Assembly (NCBI GenBank): GCA_002269645.1
Contig: NIVC01000107.1
Span: 310,001 to 374,000, forward strand
Reading direction: 5' to 3'
Origin: Macrostomum lignano
Lineage: Eukaryota
DNA length: 64,000 bases
Below, one piece after another: positions 29,425 through 41,697 of the stretch. The translations under genes and the position numbers were made by a program. Within the stretch, counting starts at the first letter, position 1. The number at the start of each line of letters is the position of its first letter. A model generated the notes under the pieces. That model had not been told where the DNA came from. It searched no databases and saw only the letters and a program-made list of their open reading frames with translations.

Positions 29425-30652
29425 GGCGAGAACTGACTGTCTGAATGAACGGGGGGAGGGGGTAGGGTTGGGATCAGCTCTCAGGCAGCTGTCAGACCAG
29501 AGAGTCGGACTGACATCAGTGGCTCTACAAATGAAAAAAACCGTTAGACCAAGCAAGGAGAACAATTAGTTTTACAAAATTACGAGTAGTAATGTTGGGT
29601 TACTTCCTTAGTACTTAAGCAGTAACCCTGTTGTTATATATAAATGTTGTCTGTTGTCTCTTTCGATTGAAGCTAAAATAAACCTTGATGATGTCCGCTT
29701 TGGACGAAAAGCTTTGGCACGAGCTAATTGCACAACATTTTTCCTAGCTGCTGGTTCTATTTTTGAATCTGACGCTGATCTCAGAAAAATAATAATGGAG
29801 GTTACTAAAAAAAGTCACGTACCGGAGCAGCAGTTGACAGATTTGACCCAATGGCTCACAAGGTACAGCCTACCTGATCGATATTTTAGTTCCATATTTC
29901 TGCTTTAAATAGCTATCCAAATATATACCATATGGTTGAACCTGTTATGAGGGATTTTTAGTGAAGAAAACTAGCAATCAGCGCCCCCTGTTGGGGAGCC
30001 AACATGGTATGGAATAAAAATTATTGAACAAACTACATTTAGCTTCTGACCTCTAAGCCTTGACATTTCAGCAATTCTCCCCAAGAGTCGCAGCATTAGC
30101 AACCTCTCCCCCTCAGGGCTTGACATCTTAGCAATTGATCCCTAATGAACCTTTTGTGTTTGACACTTCAGTCTGTTTGACTCTTCTTTTACGTTAGACA
30201 TGACAAAAAGTTTTCGTTTCACTGGGGACGGTGCAAAGTATGAAGTTAGTGCGTTTCGAGAGAGGTTGGCCCCCTGTTCCACATTTCTGTGGGACCAACA
30301 AATTTAAAGTTAAGAGACGCAGCTTTATAAGCTTCAATGACAACTCTCACAGCAGTCATATTCATATCACAGGAGCACCCACGGGTTCGCTTGTAAATTT
30401 GCAGCTACTGTTCGAAAATGAAAAGAGCAAATTAGCGAGATCACTTACCGAAATACAGATGCTGAGAATGGCTTAGCGACTTTGTAGCACGGCTGGTTTA
30501 TGTGAGTTGGTTTTGCTGGCCATTTAGTTTCAGATACATGTATAATATACAGTGTATACCATGCAGTCATATATGAACATGTACAATAGTTGGAATGGCG
30601 GACCCCCTACGCACTTAAAATCTAATTGGGGCGAGAATGTCAGATACAAATA

Positions 30653-31998
30653 CGAGGTGTATTCAAAAAGTTCTTTTCGGTGCCCTACAAAACTGAACAC
30701 AAAACAACTGGAACTATGAAAACACTGTTAGATTGCTTAACATGATTCGGTCACTCAACATATTCACCGCCAATGTCTTTGCACTTCTGCCAGCGATTTA
30801 CCAGGCCTCTGATTCCGGAACTCACACCACTCGCGTCCGTTTGGCGAACAGCTTGATTGCATGCAGCCTCAATGTGCTCGACGCTGTCGAATCGAATGCC
30901 CCGAAGGTGCTTCTTCACAGATGGAAATAAGAAGAAGTCGCACGGCGACAAATCAGGCGAATAGGCTGGATGTTGGAGCACTTCCCATCCCCATTTGCTC
31001 AGGAGTTCCACGACGTTGTGCTTGCGATGTGCTGGCGCATTGTCGTGCAGCAGGATCACGCCAGATTCCAGCAGATCAGGGCGCTTCTTTCGTATTGCTG
31101 GGCGCAGCTTCTCCTGCAGAATCCACTTGTAGTAGTCCCCATTGACGGTGGTTCCTTGTGGGACTGCCCAGTTCAGCAGGATTCCTTGGGAATCAAAAAA
31201 CATGACGTGCATGATCTTCATCGCGCCCTGCTTCCTGATGGCCTTCTGAGGTCTTGGAGAATGTGCTGGAAGCCATTCGGCAGACTGGGCCTTTGTCTCA
31301 GGATCCCAGCTGTAAACCCACGTCTCGTCTCCAGCTACAATTCTTGATAGAAAATCCTCCCCTTCTCGATGGAACCGACGCAGGTGGCTGCTTGAAGCCA
31401 CAGTTCGCTGCATCTTTTGCTCACCTGTCAGCAGGTGTGGCACCCACTTGCAAAACTTTTTCTGCAGGTGAAGACGCTCCGTCAGAATGGTGTGGACGCT
31501 TCCTACTGACACACCAACGTCTTCTGCCAACTCTTCGCAAGTCCGTCGCCGATCATCATCCAGGAGCTCTTGCACTTTCTTCACAACAGTCTCGTTGGTT
31601 GCAGTCATCGGCCTTCCAGAGCGATCATTGTCCTCAACGCTCTCTCTTCCCTCAGCGAACAGCCGGTACCATTTTCGAACTGTCTGCTCAGTTGGTGCAC
31701 ATTTGCCAAGCACTTGCTGAAGCTCCCTAAACATATCCGGTGGCTTTTTTCCTTGCAGAAACTGAAACTTCATCAAGCTTCGAACGTCTTGCTTTGAAAA
31801 TGATTCAGCCATGGCCAAGAAATTGAGTGGTAGCTGATAGAAATGTTCGCTGCTCTAACATAGTTGCAAACTGAGACTTAAAACCCTAGGAACGTTTAGG
31901 CCATAGACATAACTTGGTGAAATCGCTAAAATTCTGTTTACAAGGCTTTTTAAAAATAAATGCCAAAGGACCGAAAAGAACTTTTTGAATACACCTCT
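30653..31998 (-). mobile_element. Full-length mariner (DD34D) transposon
   Basis: TA|cgaggtgtattcaaaaagttcttttcggt at 30651-30681 and its inverse accgaaaagaactttttgaatacacctc ending 31997. About 1.35 kb, enclosing a transposase ORF. Confidence 0.95.
30751..31812 (-). CDS. Mariner transposase, intact ORF
   Basis: Motifs WVPHLL, GDETW, LHDNAPAH and HPAYSPDLSPCDF, with 34 residues between the second and third Asp. ATG at 31812; no stops or frameshifts. Confidence 0.97.
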   Translation of the reverse strand: MAESFSKQDVRSLMKFQFLQGKKPPDMFRELQQVLGKCAPTEQTVRKWYRLFAEGRESVEDNDRSGRPMTATNETVVKKVQELLDDDRRRTCEELAEDVGVSVGSVHTILTERLHLQKKFCKWVPHLLTGEQKMQRTVASSSHLRRFHREGEDFLSRIVAGDETWVYSWDPETKAQSAEWLPAHSPRPQKAIRKQGAMKIMHVMFFDSQGILLNWAVPQGTTVNGDYYKWILQEKLRPAIRKKRPDLLESGVILLHDNAPAHRKHNVVELLSKWGWEVLQHPAYSPDLSPCDFFLFPSVKKHLRGIRFDSVEHIEAACNQAVRQTDASGVSSGIRGLVNRWQKCKDIGGEYVE

Positions 31999-32755
31999 GA
32001 ATACACCTTTTGAATGTACCAGCATATTCTGTTCGCAACTGCACTCTCTGGCTGTGATCGGTACAGTACGGAGCTAAGAGGAAGTTTGGGGAAATTGAGG
32101 GGGAACTTCATTGTTTCTCAATCCTCGTCTCCCTCCTTACGTACATGCGTGACGGAGTCATATCACGGGTCTGGGTGATTGCGAGCTACATTCAACTGGC
32201 TCTCTCGAGGGCTCGATCACAATCTTGTTCAGTTACCACATAGTCTATACAAAAGAATCCACATTGACTGTATGTGTGGTAGCCCAGCATTAATGTTGAT
32301 CGATAATTTCCACCTTTTCCTAATGGCAACGCCAAGCAACGGACGCTGACGAGCTCGCTCGAACAACAGCAAGTTGAGATGCCTTCAAGTTTGAGTTAGC
32401 AACGCCGAGCCGTGCTACCCACACTCAGTGCAGGTGTTCATGCTTTACCGGCGGTGACAGGTGCGCACTCAGTGTTTCGTCGACTGCCTGCTGGCTCGTG
32501 CTGTCACCCGAATTTGGTAGGCGGCGGGAATGGCCTTTGTTTTCGCGCTATAACGCTGCTTTTTTTAGGCTGTAGGCATTCTGGCTCGCGCTCAACGCTT
32601 TCGGGGCGAAATCGTCTCAAAAAACCAGCAGTTTTGCCCATTTCGCAGACTCCAGAGCACATGCATGCGCAAGCGCGCAAACACTGTACGCTTGGGGATT
32701 GACAAACCCCCTGTGACCAATTTTCCTGCACACAAGCCCCAAATGAGCGAGGCCA

Positions 32756-32824
32756 CACAAGGAATCGAACCCGGGTTCTTGGCGGGAGAGTCGGACTCGG
32801 TTCACCACTGAGCTGATCCGCCCC
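32756..32824 (-). mobile_element. tRNA-derived SINE-like head (second family)
   Basis: Minus strand reads agctcagtggtgaa...cccgggttcgattcc, i.e. Pol III A- and B-box-like motifs, without a clean cloverleaf. Confidence 0.5.
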
Positions 32825-33741
32825 GTCCGTAACTGTACGAGTATGGAGGGCGGGGATCCTTGACAGACGGTTAAAGGATGTCGATATTTCACCAAAAACT
32901 ATGAGCACTGGTTTTCAAGGAATTCAATCTAAGGAATTCAAGCCTGGACATCCAGTCCAAGGAAGCAGCTTCTTAAAGATGTACTTTAGCAGAACAGACA
33001 GCTGCCCCTAAACTAGAATGAGCTGCCTCTAGATCTTCTTCTACGAGCTAGAAGCTGAAGCCGCAACAATAGGCTAGCTTGTGTTCGTGAATTTTGTGTT
33101 TCACCTTTGGGATAGTTCTACAGGTGCAACCGAAGGAACTCGAGCTGTCCGGCTTTGACTTGCGTCCGAGCAGCGTACATACCATACTACTTTTTAATAA
33201 ACCAAACCAATTGAACTAAAAATACAATTGACTGCTGGTCTTATAGAAATGTCATTACCTGATTATTTATTTTTTAAATCAAACCAAATCAACTCGCAGT
33301 ATCAAAAACATTGAATGTTGAAGTCTGTGACAGTAGAAAGCGTGAAAAAACTGCATTAAAATACAGCCTGATATTTGGTAAACGAGTATGAATATAGATG
33401 GATATAGTGCTGCATAATTACTGGTTCTACTCAGAAGCGCTAAGCTGGCTCTAAGAGCGAATGAATAAGACACTAAAAATAGCATCAGCCAGAGTAGGCA
33501 CACAGGAGTTGCAGCATTTATTTCTCATTAGTGATATAGAAAAAGGGAAGCACACATCAGATTGGAAACATGTAGAAGAAAATTTGTGCTAAAATTTACA
33601 CTCAAAATATTTTTATTTTATAACCAATGCTCAAGCTACACTACTCGGGCAAGCAAGTCAGTAGCATCCAACGAGTGCATTAGCCGGGCGGTGGGCACGC
33701 GGGTTAAGCGGAGAACATTTTGGACAGCAATAATGTCAGGC

Positions 33742-34020
33742 AGGGGTCCATAGACACGGACAGGGGGTCAGGTGGGGTCCATAGACACGGACAGGGGGTC
33801 AGGTGGGGTCCATAGACACGGACAGGGGGTCAGGTGGGGTCCATAGACACGGAGAGGGGGTCAGGTGGGATCCATAGACATGGACAGGCGGGGTCAGGTA
33901 GGCTCCATAGACACGGACAGGCGGGGTCAGGTAGGCTCCATAGACACGGACAGGCGAGGTCAGGTAGGCTCCATAGACACGGACAGGCGGGGTCAGGTGG
34001 GGTCCATAGACATGGACAGG
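33742..34020. repeat. 31-33-bp minisatellite whose first unit contains the ZNF stop codon
   Basis: Unit ccatagacacggacaggcggggtcaggtggggt. The terminal unit encodes LSMSMDPT* of the ZNF ORF. Confidence 0.92.
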
Positions 34021-34817
34021 CGGCGCGCGTGGGCCCGCAGGTGGCGCACCAGGTCGCCGGGGCGCTGGAAGCCGCGCGGGCAGATCACGCAGTCGAGTCG
34101 GCGACCGGCGGCGATGGCGTCTTCGTCCTCGTGCGCCCGCCGGTGGCTGTCCAGGTGGCTGCGGCGGGCGAAGCGGTGCTGGCAGAGGTCACACTGGAAC
34201 GGCCGCTCGTTGGCGTGCAGGCGGCGGTGGCTCAGCAGGGAGCCGCTCTGGGCGAAGCTGCGGCCGCACTGGGCGCAGGCGAAGGGCCGCTCGCCAGAGT
34301 GCGTGCGGCGGTGGCGGGACAGGTCGGTGTTGCGCGGGAACTGCCGGCCGCACTGGTCGCAGCTGAACGGGCGCTCGTCGGTGTGCCGGGCCCGCAGATG
34401 GCTGCGCAGGTTGCTGAGGCGGGCGAAGCTGGACGGGCACTGCTCGCAGCTGAAGGGCCGCTCGCCGCTGTGCACCCGCATGTGGCTGCTGAGGTGGCTC
34501 CGCTGGCCGAAGGCGAGGCCGCAGTCGCCGCAGCGGTGCGGTTTCGCGTGGCTCCGCCGATGCCGAGACAGCTGGCGGAGCTCCGGGAAGCGGCGCGGAC
34601 AGTCCGGACAGCTGAACTGCTCGGCCGCGGCGGCCTCCATGGCGTCAGGCGGCTGGCGCTGGTCGGGCGCGGACTGCCGATCCTCAGTGTGCGGCGGCTG
34701 CTGCTGCAAGTCGGGCATGGCGGGGCGGGGGTCAGAGACCAGCTGCTCAGCCGCGGTGTGCATATATTGGGGCCGGCAGCGGCTCACATGCCGGCTCACT
34801 GTGTGGCAATGCGCCAT
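33993..34817 (-). CDS. C2H2 zinc-finger protein, 7 fingers
   Basis: Seven CxxC...HxxxH units with HSGERPF-type linkers in the 274-aa ORF. The true start codon is uncertain. Confidence 0.9.
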   Translation of the reverse strand: MAHCHTVSRHVSRCRPQYMHTAAEQLVSDPRPAMPDLQQQPPHTEDRQSAPDQRQPPDAMEAAAAEQFSCPDCPRRFPELRQLSRHRRSHAKPHRCGDCGLAFGQRSHLSSHMRVHSGERPFSCEQCPSSFARLSNLRSHLRARHTDERPFSCDQCGRQFPRNTDLSRHRRTHSGERPFACAQCGRSFAQSGSLLSHRRLHANERPFQCDLCQHRFARRSHLDSHRRAHEDEDAIAAGRRLDCVICPRGFQRPGDLVRHLRAHARRLSMSMDPT

Positions 34818-35326
34818 TCACATTTCTGCTGCAGTCCCCACCTCACTGAGCTCTGCTCACAGCTCTCAACACTTCCTCGGACCACCCGGGCCAAGGTGGC
34901 TTTTTTCTAACTGCTGCTTTTTTATCGGCCTGCCGCGCTATCTTGCTGGGCCTCCCTCTCTCTCTCTCGCTCAGACCACTGGCAGCAATCTATGGGAACA
35001 CCTGTGGAACACCTGCCAGAAGTGAGACGTCCTTTTCTATTTTAAAAAATGGGTGAGCAGGGTGTTCTTCATTTGCCGATAACTCAGCTAGCTCAGCTAA
35101 AATATGCCAAAGAAACAAGCAAGGTGAAAGACGCACAGGTGTATTGAAATAAAAATAGGGCATGAAACAAAAGTGAAATTGAATAGGAAATCAAAGCGTG
35201 TATTTGCCATCGGCCTGGCTGTGACCAAGCAGAGCGATTCGTACATTGCGAGCTCAGCTCGGCAGGCCATGAAGTCACTGGGTGCCGCAGCATTAGCTGG
35301 ATATGAATGAAACTGGCTGCCGCAGC

Positions 35327-37475
35327 TCACACGGGCTTCGTGACCATCAGAGCAGCTGACGGGCACAGGTCCAGCGTGTACAGCGGCTTCTCCATGTCCT
35401 CAGCGGTGAACACCCGCTTTGGGAACAGCGTCATAAGGGCGAAGTCCTCACCAGCCCGGCCGTCTGTCCGGTTGGTTCGAACGTAGCAGGCCACCGCCGC
35501 GAGGCTCTCCTTGGCGCCGAACTGGGCAGTGAGAGGCTGGCCGCCGCCCGGCAGGCGGATCTGCAGCCGGCAGGTGTCGCCGTCCGACACCGCGGCGGGG
35601 GTCGCCGCCTTCGGCAGGCTCGGGCCAGATGGCGCGCCAGCGGCAGCCGCAGGGGCAGCCGGTTGACCCGCGGCCGCTCGGCGCTCTTCGGCTTCGCGCG
35701 CCTCCATCTCGGCGCGGTCCTGCGCGTAGCGCTGCCTAATGCGCGCCAGGTATTCGCGCTGCTCCTCCTTCTCGCGCCGGCGCGCCTCGGCCTCGCGCTT
35801 TAACTCCTGCTCAGCGGACTCCTCGCGCCACTTTTTGAGGCCTTTGCCGTCCGTGCGCCGCTTCCGCTCGCGCTCCAGCTCCGCCCGGCGCTCCTCAGCC
35901 TCCCGCTCTTGGCGCTTCGCCTCCAGCTTGGCCTCCAGCTGGCGCAGCTGCTCCGCCTTCTCCTCGGCTGTCAGGGCGCGGACCTGCGGTTAGGGCGGGG
36001 CGGATTCTGCTTGCGAGCTGAGATGGGGCGGATCATCCATCCGCTAGTTGGGGGCGGATTATCCGCTAGTTTGGGGGCAGTGGCGAATCTGGCATTAGAC
36101 AATGAGTTCGCTGACATTAACAGCCCTTCCCCAGCTGCTCACCTCCTCCGTGGACTGGGAGAAGTTGGCGTGGCCGGTCTTGGCGGCGTGGAACTCGGCC
36201 TCGGCCGGGCTGCGGAACAACTTGCCGCAGTCGTCGCACTTCAAAGATTTTGCATCGGCATCGGTGGCCTCCGCCGAGCCGGCGGTGCCTCCCGCCGACT
36301 CTCCTGACGCCGCCGACGAAGCAGCTGCCGCGTTGGCTGCCGGCGCGGGCTCCGGTTCCGGGATCGGGTCGTCAATATCCGGGTCATCCTGGTGGCTGGA
36401 CAGCCTGTGGAATTTCCGAGGAAAAAGCAGAGTTAGGCAATGTTGGCATTGCCGAGTCAGCTGGGGTAAGATCGCTACTTGGTTAGAGGCGATTCTCAGC
36501 TGAGGTCAGATGGCGGTTCTCATGGTGAGATCGGGGGGCGATTCTCATGGTGAGATCAGGGGAGGATTCTCATGGTGAGATCAGGGGGCGATTCTCATGG
36601 TTAGATCAGTGGGCAATTCTCATGGTGAGATCAGGGGGCGATTCTCATGGTGAGATCAGGGGGCGATTCTCATGGTGAGATCAGGGGAGGATTCGCATGG
36701 TGAGGTCAGGGGGCGATTCTCATGGTGAGATCAGGGGAGGATTCGCATGGTGAGGTCAGTGGGCAATTCTCATGGTGAGATCAGGGGGCAATTCTCATGG
36801 TGAGATCAGGGGGCAATTCTAATGGTTAGATCAGGGGGCGATTATCATGGTGAGATCAGGGGGCGATTCTCATGGTGAGATCAGGGGAGGATTCGCATGG
36901 TGAGGTCAGGGGGCGATTCTCATGGTGAGATCAGGGGAGGATTCGCATGGTGAGGTCAGGGAGCGATTCTCATGGTGAGATCAGGGAGCGATTCTCATGG
37001 TGAGATCAGGGAGCGATTCTCATGGTGAGATCAGGGAGCGATTCTTATGGTGAGATCAGTAGGCGGTTCTCAGGTGGTATCAGGTGTCAGTATGGTCAGG
37101 GTGGATCCTCGGTTGATGTCAGAGAGTGACTTTGGTCTATCAAAATTCAAAGCCAAAATCGACAAACTAAATAAGTTATTACATTGTTACGATATTACTT
37201 GTAATATTAGTATACTCGTACTAATTAAACCAGCAAAAACATGAGTTGGAGAAACTTGAAGTAATACAATGGACTTACCAGTCCATTGCTGCTTCAATCC
37301 CTTTGTTCCCCGACTTCAACAGAGCTTTTTTTCTAAAAATAAAAGACAAAATAACGATTTCACTGGCAATGTAGCTTGTAGACATAGCAAGTGATTTATT
37401 TGGCATTTCTTACGCTCTGATTTCGGAGAAACCCATGTCTAAGAGCATGCTCAGGTTGGAGTCATTGGATGACAT
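35327..37475 (-). CDS. UBXN1: UBX domain-containing protein 1 (UBA - zinc finger - coiled coil - UBX), 344 aa
   Basis: Exons 37475-37414, 37332-37279, 36404-36143, 35983-35327, total 1035 nt. [52 protein letters not shown] (UBA), KCDDCGKLFRSPAEAEFHAAKTGHANFSQSTEE, and C-terminal UBX with FPKRVFT...LDLCPSAALMV. Confidence 0.93.
36515..37075. repeat. 25-bp minisatellite, UBXN1 intron 2
   Basis: Unit ctcatggtgagatcagggggcgatt. Confidence 0.95.
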
Positions 37476-37767
37476 GGCAGATTCGACTGTTGCTGGAAGT
37501 ATTGGATTTGAAAGTTCATTTGTTTAATTGACTTAATTTGAAGGTTTAAGATAAATTATAATACCTGGTCATTCAGAAGTTATTGTATTTTACAAGTAAA
37601 AATTATAATTAGTTAGAAAACATGTATGCATTATATGTACATGCAATGTGTGTAAGGCCTTCTCTATTTTTGTACAATTAATAATGCTTTTTGCACAAAT
37701 TGAATTTGCACAAAATCTCTGAAAAAATATTATGTTGAAATATTTATACATGTAATTCAACAGGCCA

Positions 37768-37980
37768 GGGGGTTGTAGCCTAGAGGTTAGAAAGTTGGAC
37801 TCACGACTGAAACTGAAAAGTCGGGGGTTCAATTCCTAATCCCACTGGAAAAATTTGTGTCCATGAGCAAGACACTTAATTCTGCATTGCTTCAGTTCAC
37901 CCAGCTGTAAAATGGGTGCCAGCATTAGCTGGGGTAATTGAAGGTGTGTGTGGCGACCCCAAGTCCTTGGACTGAACAGC
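37768..37980 (+). mobile_element. tRNA-headed SINE, copy 1 of 3
   Basis: A-box tagcctagaggtt, B-box ggttcaattcc, core tgtgtccatgagcaagacactt...cacccagctgtaaaatgggtgcc. Homologous to 47846 and 63651. Confidence 0.85.
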
Positions 37981-38681
37981 TATACTTATTTGACAATGAC
38001 CAATTTTTTAAAGTAAGATGTGGAAAGCCTTTTTTATTCTTTATTTTTAAGCAAAAATCTAATTTTCTGTGATTTCAAATCTGCACAAAAACTAAAAAAC
38101 AAACTTTTTGTTTAAATACTCATATTTTTCTAAATATTTTTGTGATTTTTTGTTTTAAATGAACCAAGAAAATAGTATAAATAGATGCAAATTTTCAGAC
38201 AGGAGAATCAACCTTGCCAACTGTGGTTACATATAATCAATAATAAACTAGGCCTAGCAGTTAACAATAAGTGTTCCAAATGAAATTAAATCTTTGAGAA
38301 TTCAATTTGACTTGGTTAATTTTCTGAGTAAAGTAGAAGGATTATAAGAATATACCATATATACTACTGAGAAGTAGAAAACCATAGTAAAAGAGACAAA
38401 GTAGATCTTGAAGCAGACATATAGAGGCCATGACCTTCTAATCTCAGAAATGCCCAGGACTAGAAAGATCAATACATGCAATCCATATACTAGTAGAATA
38501 TATACTGCTCAGATCAGATATTTATATATATAACACTACTAGAATTAATTAAGAATGCTACCAATGGAATAATAATGCTACCAGTAAGAAATAGGAAATA
38601 CTAAGAACTATTACTTAGACTAATACTTAGATATATACTCAGACTTAGACAAATATTCAGTTACATATACTAAGAATAAAA

Positions 38682-38915
38682 GTCCTGCAACGACTGAAAG
38701 AGAACAACATAACCATCGGGAAGGATAAGTGCAAGTTTTTAGTGGATTAAAATAATCTTCATGGGAATGCTGCTAACTTGCAAGGATATTTAGGGTCTCA
38801 ACCAATTCTAAGAAAGTAGAGAATTAGCTCAGGAACAACTTGGTGGAAGCTTTTAGGACATTTACAGAGACTGAAGCAAGACCTTAGTGACACCACACTC
38901 TCAAATCTGCTACAT
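38682..38915 (+). pseudogene. Decayed Gypsy-like LTR retrotransposon pol fragment
   Basis: Reads LQRLKENNITIGKDKCKF (end of RT domain) then a stop; RLKQDLSDTTL downstream. Confidence 0.6.
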
Positions 38916-39854
38916 AGTATGCCAGAAAAAATGACCCCCTATACCATAAATTCAAATTTACACCACAAAAAACTAATTTACTTGTGATCTATATGCCAGA
39001 CATTATCAAAAAAGCATTGCGACAATGAAGGATTTTTTTGTTGCAGCAATACAAGAATAATTTTTTCTTGGAATTGGGATCAGGATTTGGGATCAGGTCT
39101 TTTAGTATATTGAAGTTTGTAGGTCCATATAAAGTTAAACAAAATTGAGCAAAAAATGTCAATATCAAAAGTATAACACAACAAAATTGATGCAAAGTTT
39201 TGTAATTAACAAAGTAATAATGTAATGAATACAAGTTAAAACAAAATACATTTAAATTTAACATAACATAACACATTTAAATTTAAATATTTACTAATTC
39301 TATAAACTTTTGATCAAAAGAACTGTTCCCAATTCTTGTGTTTTTTAGGGTTGGGATCCTAGTCCCATAGGAATACAATTTTCCTTGGGATCCTAAGATT
39401 TTGGGATTGGGATCCCATCTAACAGTCCAGTGCTGCCACTAGGCCTACCTGCATTTTTAATGCAGCTACATTTTTTAGCTCTGGCTCTGTGTTATGCAAT
39501 AATTTTTTCACCAGGCATAATATCTGCATTTTTTCTTATTATATTATATAGGCCCTACACTGTACCCTGTACCCATCCTTTTTCATGATTATAAATAAAC
39601 AAGCCTAGTTGGCAGTCAAATTTTGACTCTGTTTCATACTTGTCTTTTTAATTTTAAGTAACATTTTTGGTATCTAGCAGTCAGCAAAATGATCATTTGT
39701 TTTATTTAATGCTGTCACTCTCCTCTCACTTAAAGCACAAATTAATTAATCCTTTCCATATATTTCAGTGTCCTTATTTTGCAAATCAAACTACTGTCAT
39801 AGCCAAGTGCCAATGATAATACCAAATAGCAAAGAACCTAGTAAAAGCCACCAA

Positions 39855-40300
39855 ACTCTTTTCAAGAGAGCTGGATTAAGAAATTGAATACACAGACTTG
39901 GTTTCGAAAAGGCAAAACCCCAACAATTGCTTTGTGCTCAGCCTGCAACGATGCCAAAATATCTGTGGCCCAAGCAGGCATTTAAGCTCTGCGTCAGTCA
40001 GCACAAGAAGGGTACTAAGCACATTGTTGCTGTTTCTACCATGAAGTCGCAGCAAGCACTCTATCAAGCATTTTTTTGTTGAGCCCCTGGCTGAAAAGGT
40101 TGATGCAGCTAAACCAGCTTATCAAGTTATAGAAGCTGAGCTTTGTTGGTGTCTCCATCTGTGCAAAACAAATACCACAATCAATTCGCAGGATCATTTG
40201 GCCCATCTTTTTGATCAAATGTTTCCAGACAGCCAAATTGCTAAAAGATGACCTACGGTTAAACAAAGCTATTGTACCTTCTTACTTATGCCATGGATCT
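39855..40300 (+). pseudogene. Decayed hAT-like transposase N-terminus with BED-type finger
   Basis: FQESW...CSACNDAKISVAQAGI*ALRQ / HKKGTKH (stop plus frameshift), then IEAELCWCL...LFDQMFPDSQIAK*. Confidence 0.6.
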
Positions 40301-40515
40301 ATTTTTCTAGAAAAGTCTGGTAGAACTGCTGAAAACGACACCAAAACGACACTAGGCCTACTATGTCTATCATGCCCATAATGTATATGTCATTAGGCCT
40401 ATATAAATTATTTAATGAGTCAGTTCTTTAGGTCTCTGCCTCAGGGATTAAGTTAATATAAAAAATTTTGGGTAGGATGTTGGCATAGACCTTAGTCCTA
40501 TACCTAAAGTAAGTT

Positions 40516-40551
<36 letters not shown>

Positions 40552-41178
40552 AGTTTGGCTGAGGCAAGAAGCCTGTATGGCAAATATATTTCAATGCATT
40601 TAATAAATTTCAATAAATCACACTGAATAGTAATTCAAGAGAGAAGGATGGAGTTTTGCAATAATATGTAATGTATCTTTATATCTATTTTAAAAGTAAT
40701 CATATTTTGTACTTATTTTAAATTGTGCATTGTTTGTACTTGTATTGTATTCTATTTATATTTTACTGTACTTTTTACTGTATGTATTTATGTTCATTTT
40801 GCTGGACAGTTTAAAATGAAGCTTGTTTTAATGACTAATAATTAACTAATGTAAATATGAGTCATCGTTTTTTGTAAGAGTTCGCCGATCTAATTTGGCA
40901 CTCTGGTCTCGACTGACGATGCAAATATTCAAATGGGACTTCTCGGCAACTAAGTTATTACAAATATAGTATTTGAAAGAGCACCAAATTTTTCTACGAA
41001 ACTTTAAACGATCTTTAACGACTAACAAAGCAAAAAGTGAGTAAGAAATTAAAAAACAAGTATTGTATGAAATTGATGAATAGCAATTCGATTGATCCCG
41101 TAGGTAATGAAAAATAAGTTGGCGTCACTAGGGGAGCGCATAGATGCTGGCAGGGAGACAGGATTTCAATACTAATCT

Positions 41179-41697
41179 CAAGGACCACTAGAAGTTACCG
41201 TTGTATCAGAACGCAACACTCGTAAATATTGCAAAATTATTTGAAGGCCCGCTTGTTTGCATTGCAGCTGAACTTTAAATGCTCATAACTCCGGACTGGT
41301 TGCACTTAAAAAGATTTTTTTTTCGCCAGGTTGCTCAAAATTTTGTTTTCTTTAACATGATGCAAGTTTGGCGCTATATCTACATGTAGGAGCGGCGGGC
41401 GTACAGTAAAGTAACGGCAATACACAATATTTCATTGCATACAAAATGAATAAAGTTTCAGTTACTATCTTAAACTATCTAGATTTAACAGATTAAAGCC
41501 TAAATAAAGTATAAATACACCTATTTATGGAGCTTCTGAGGCTCAAATGTAGTGCATGCTTCTTTAAAACAGTCAAGTAGAATACTTTTTTGAAGGCAAG
41601 TACCGATAAATACACGTAAACAAGCGGGCCTTCAAATAATTTTGCAATATTTACGAGTGTTGCGTCCTGATACAACGGTAACTTCTAGTGGTCCTTG
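41179..41697. mobile_element. 519-bp MITE, 80-bp TIRs, 8-bp TSD, P-element-like termini
   Basis: actaatct|CAAGGACC...GGTCCTTG|actaatct. TIRs 41179-41258 and 41618-41697 differ at one base. CANRG termini with an 8-bp TSD fit the P superfamily. Confidence 0.88.

Noticed and set aside
29654-30476. Short ORFs upstream of the IFIT-like gene
   Set aside because: Non-ATG starts, AT-rich codon usage and no recognisable motifs.
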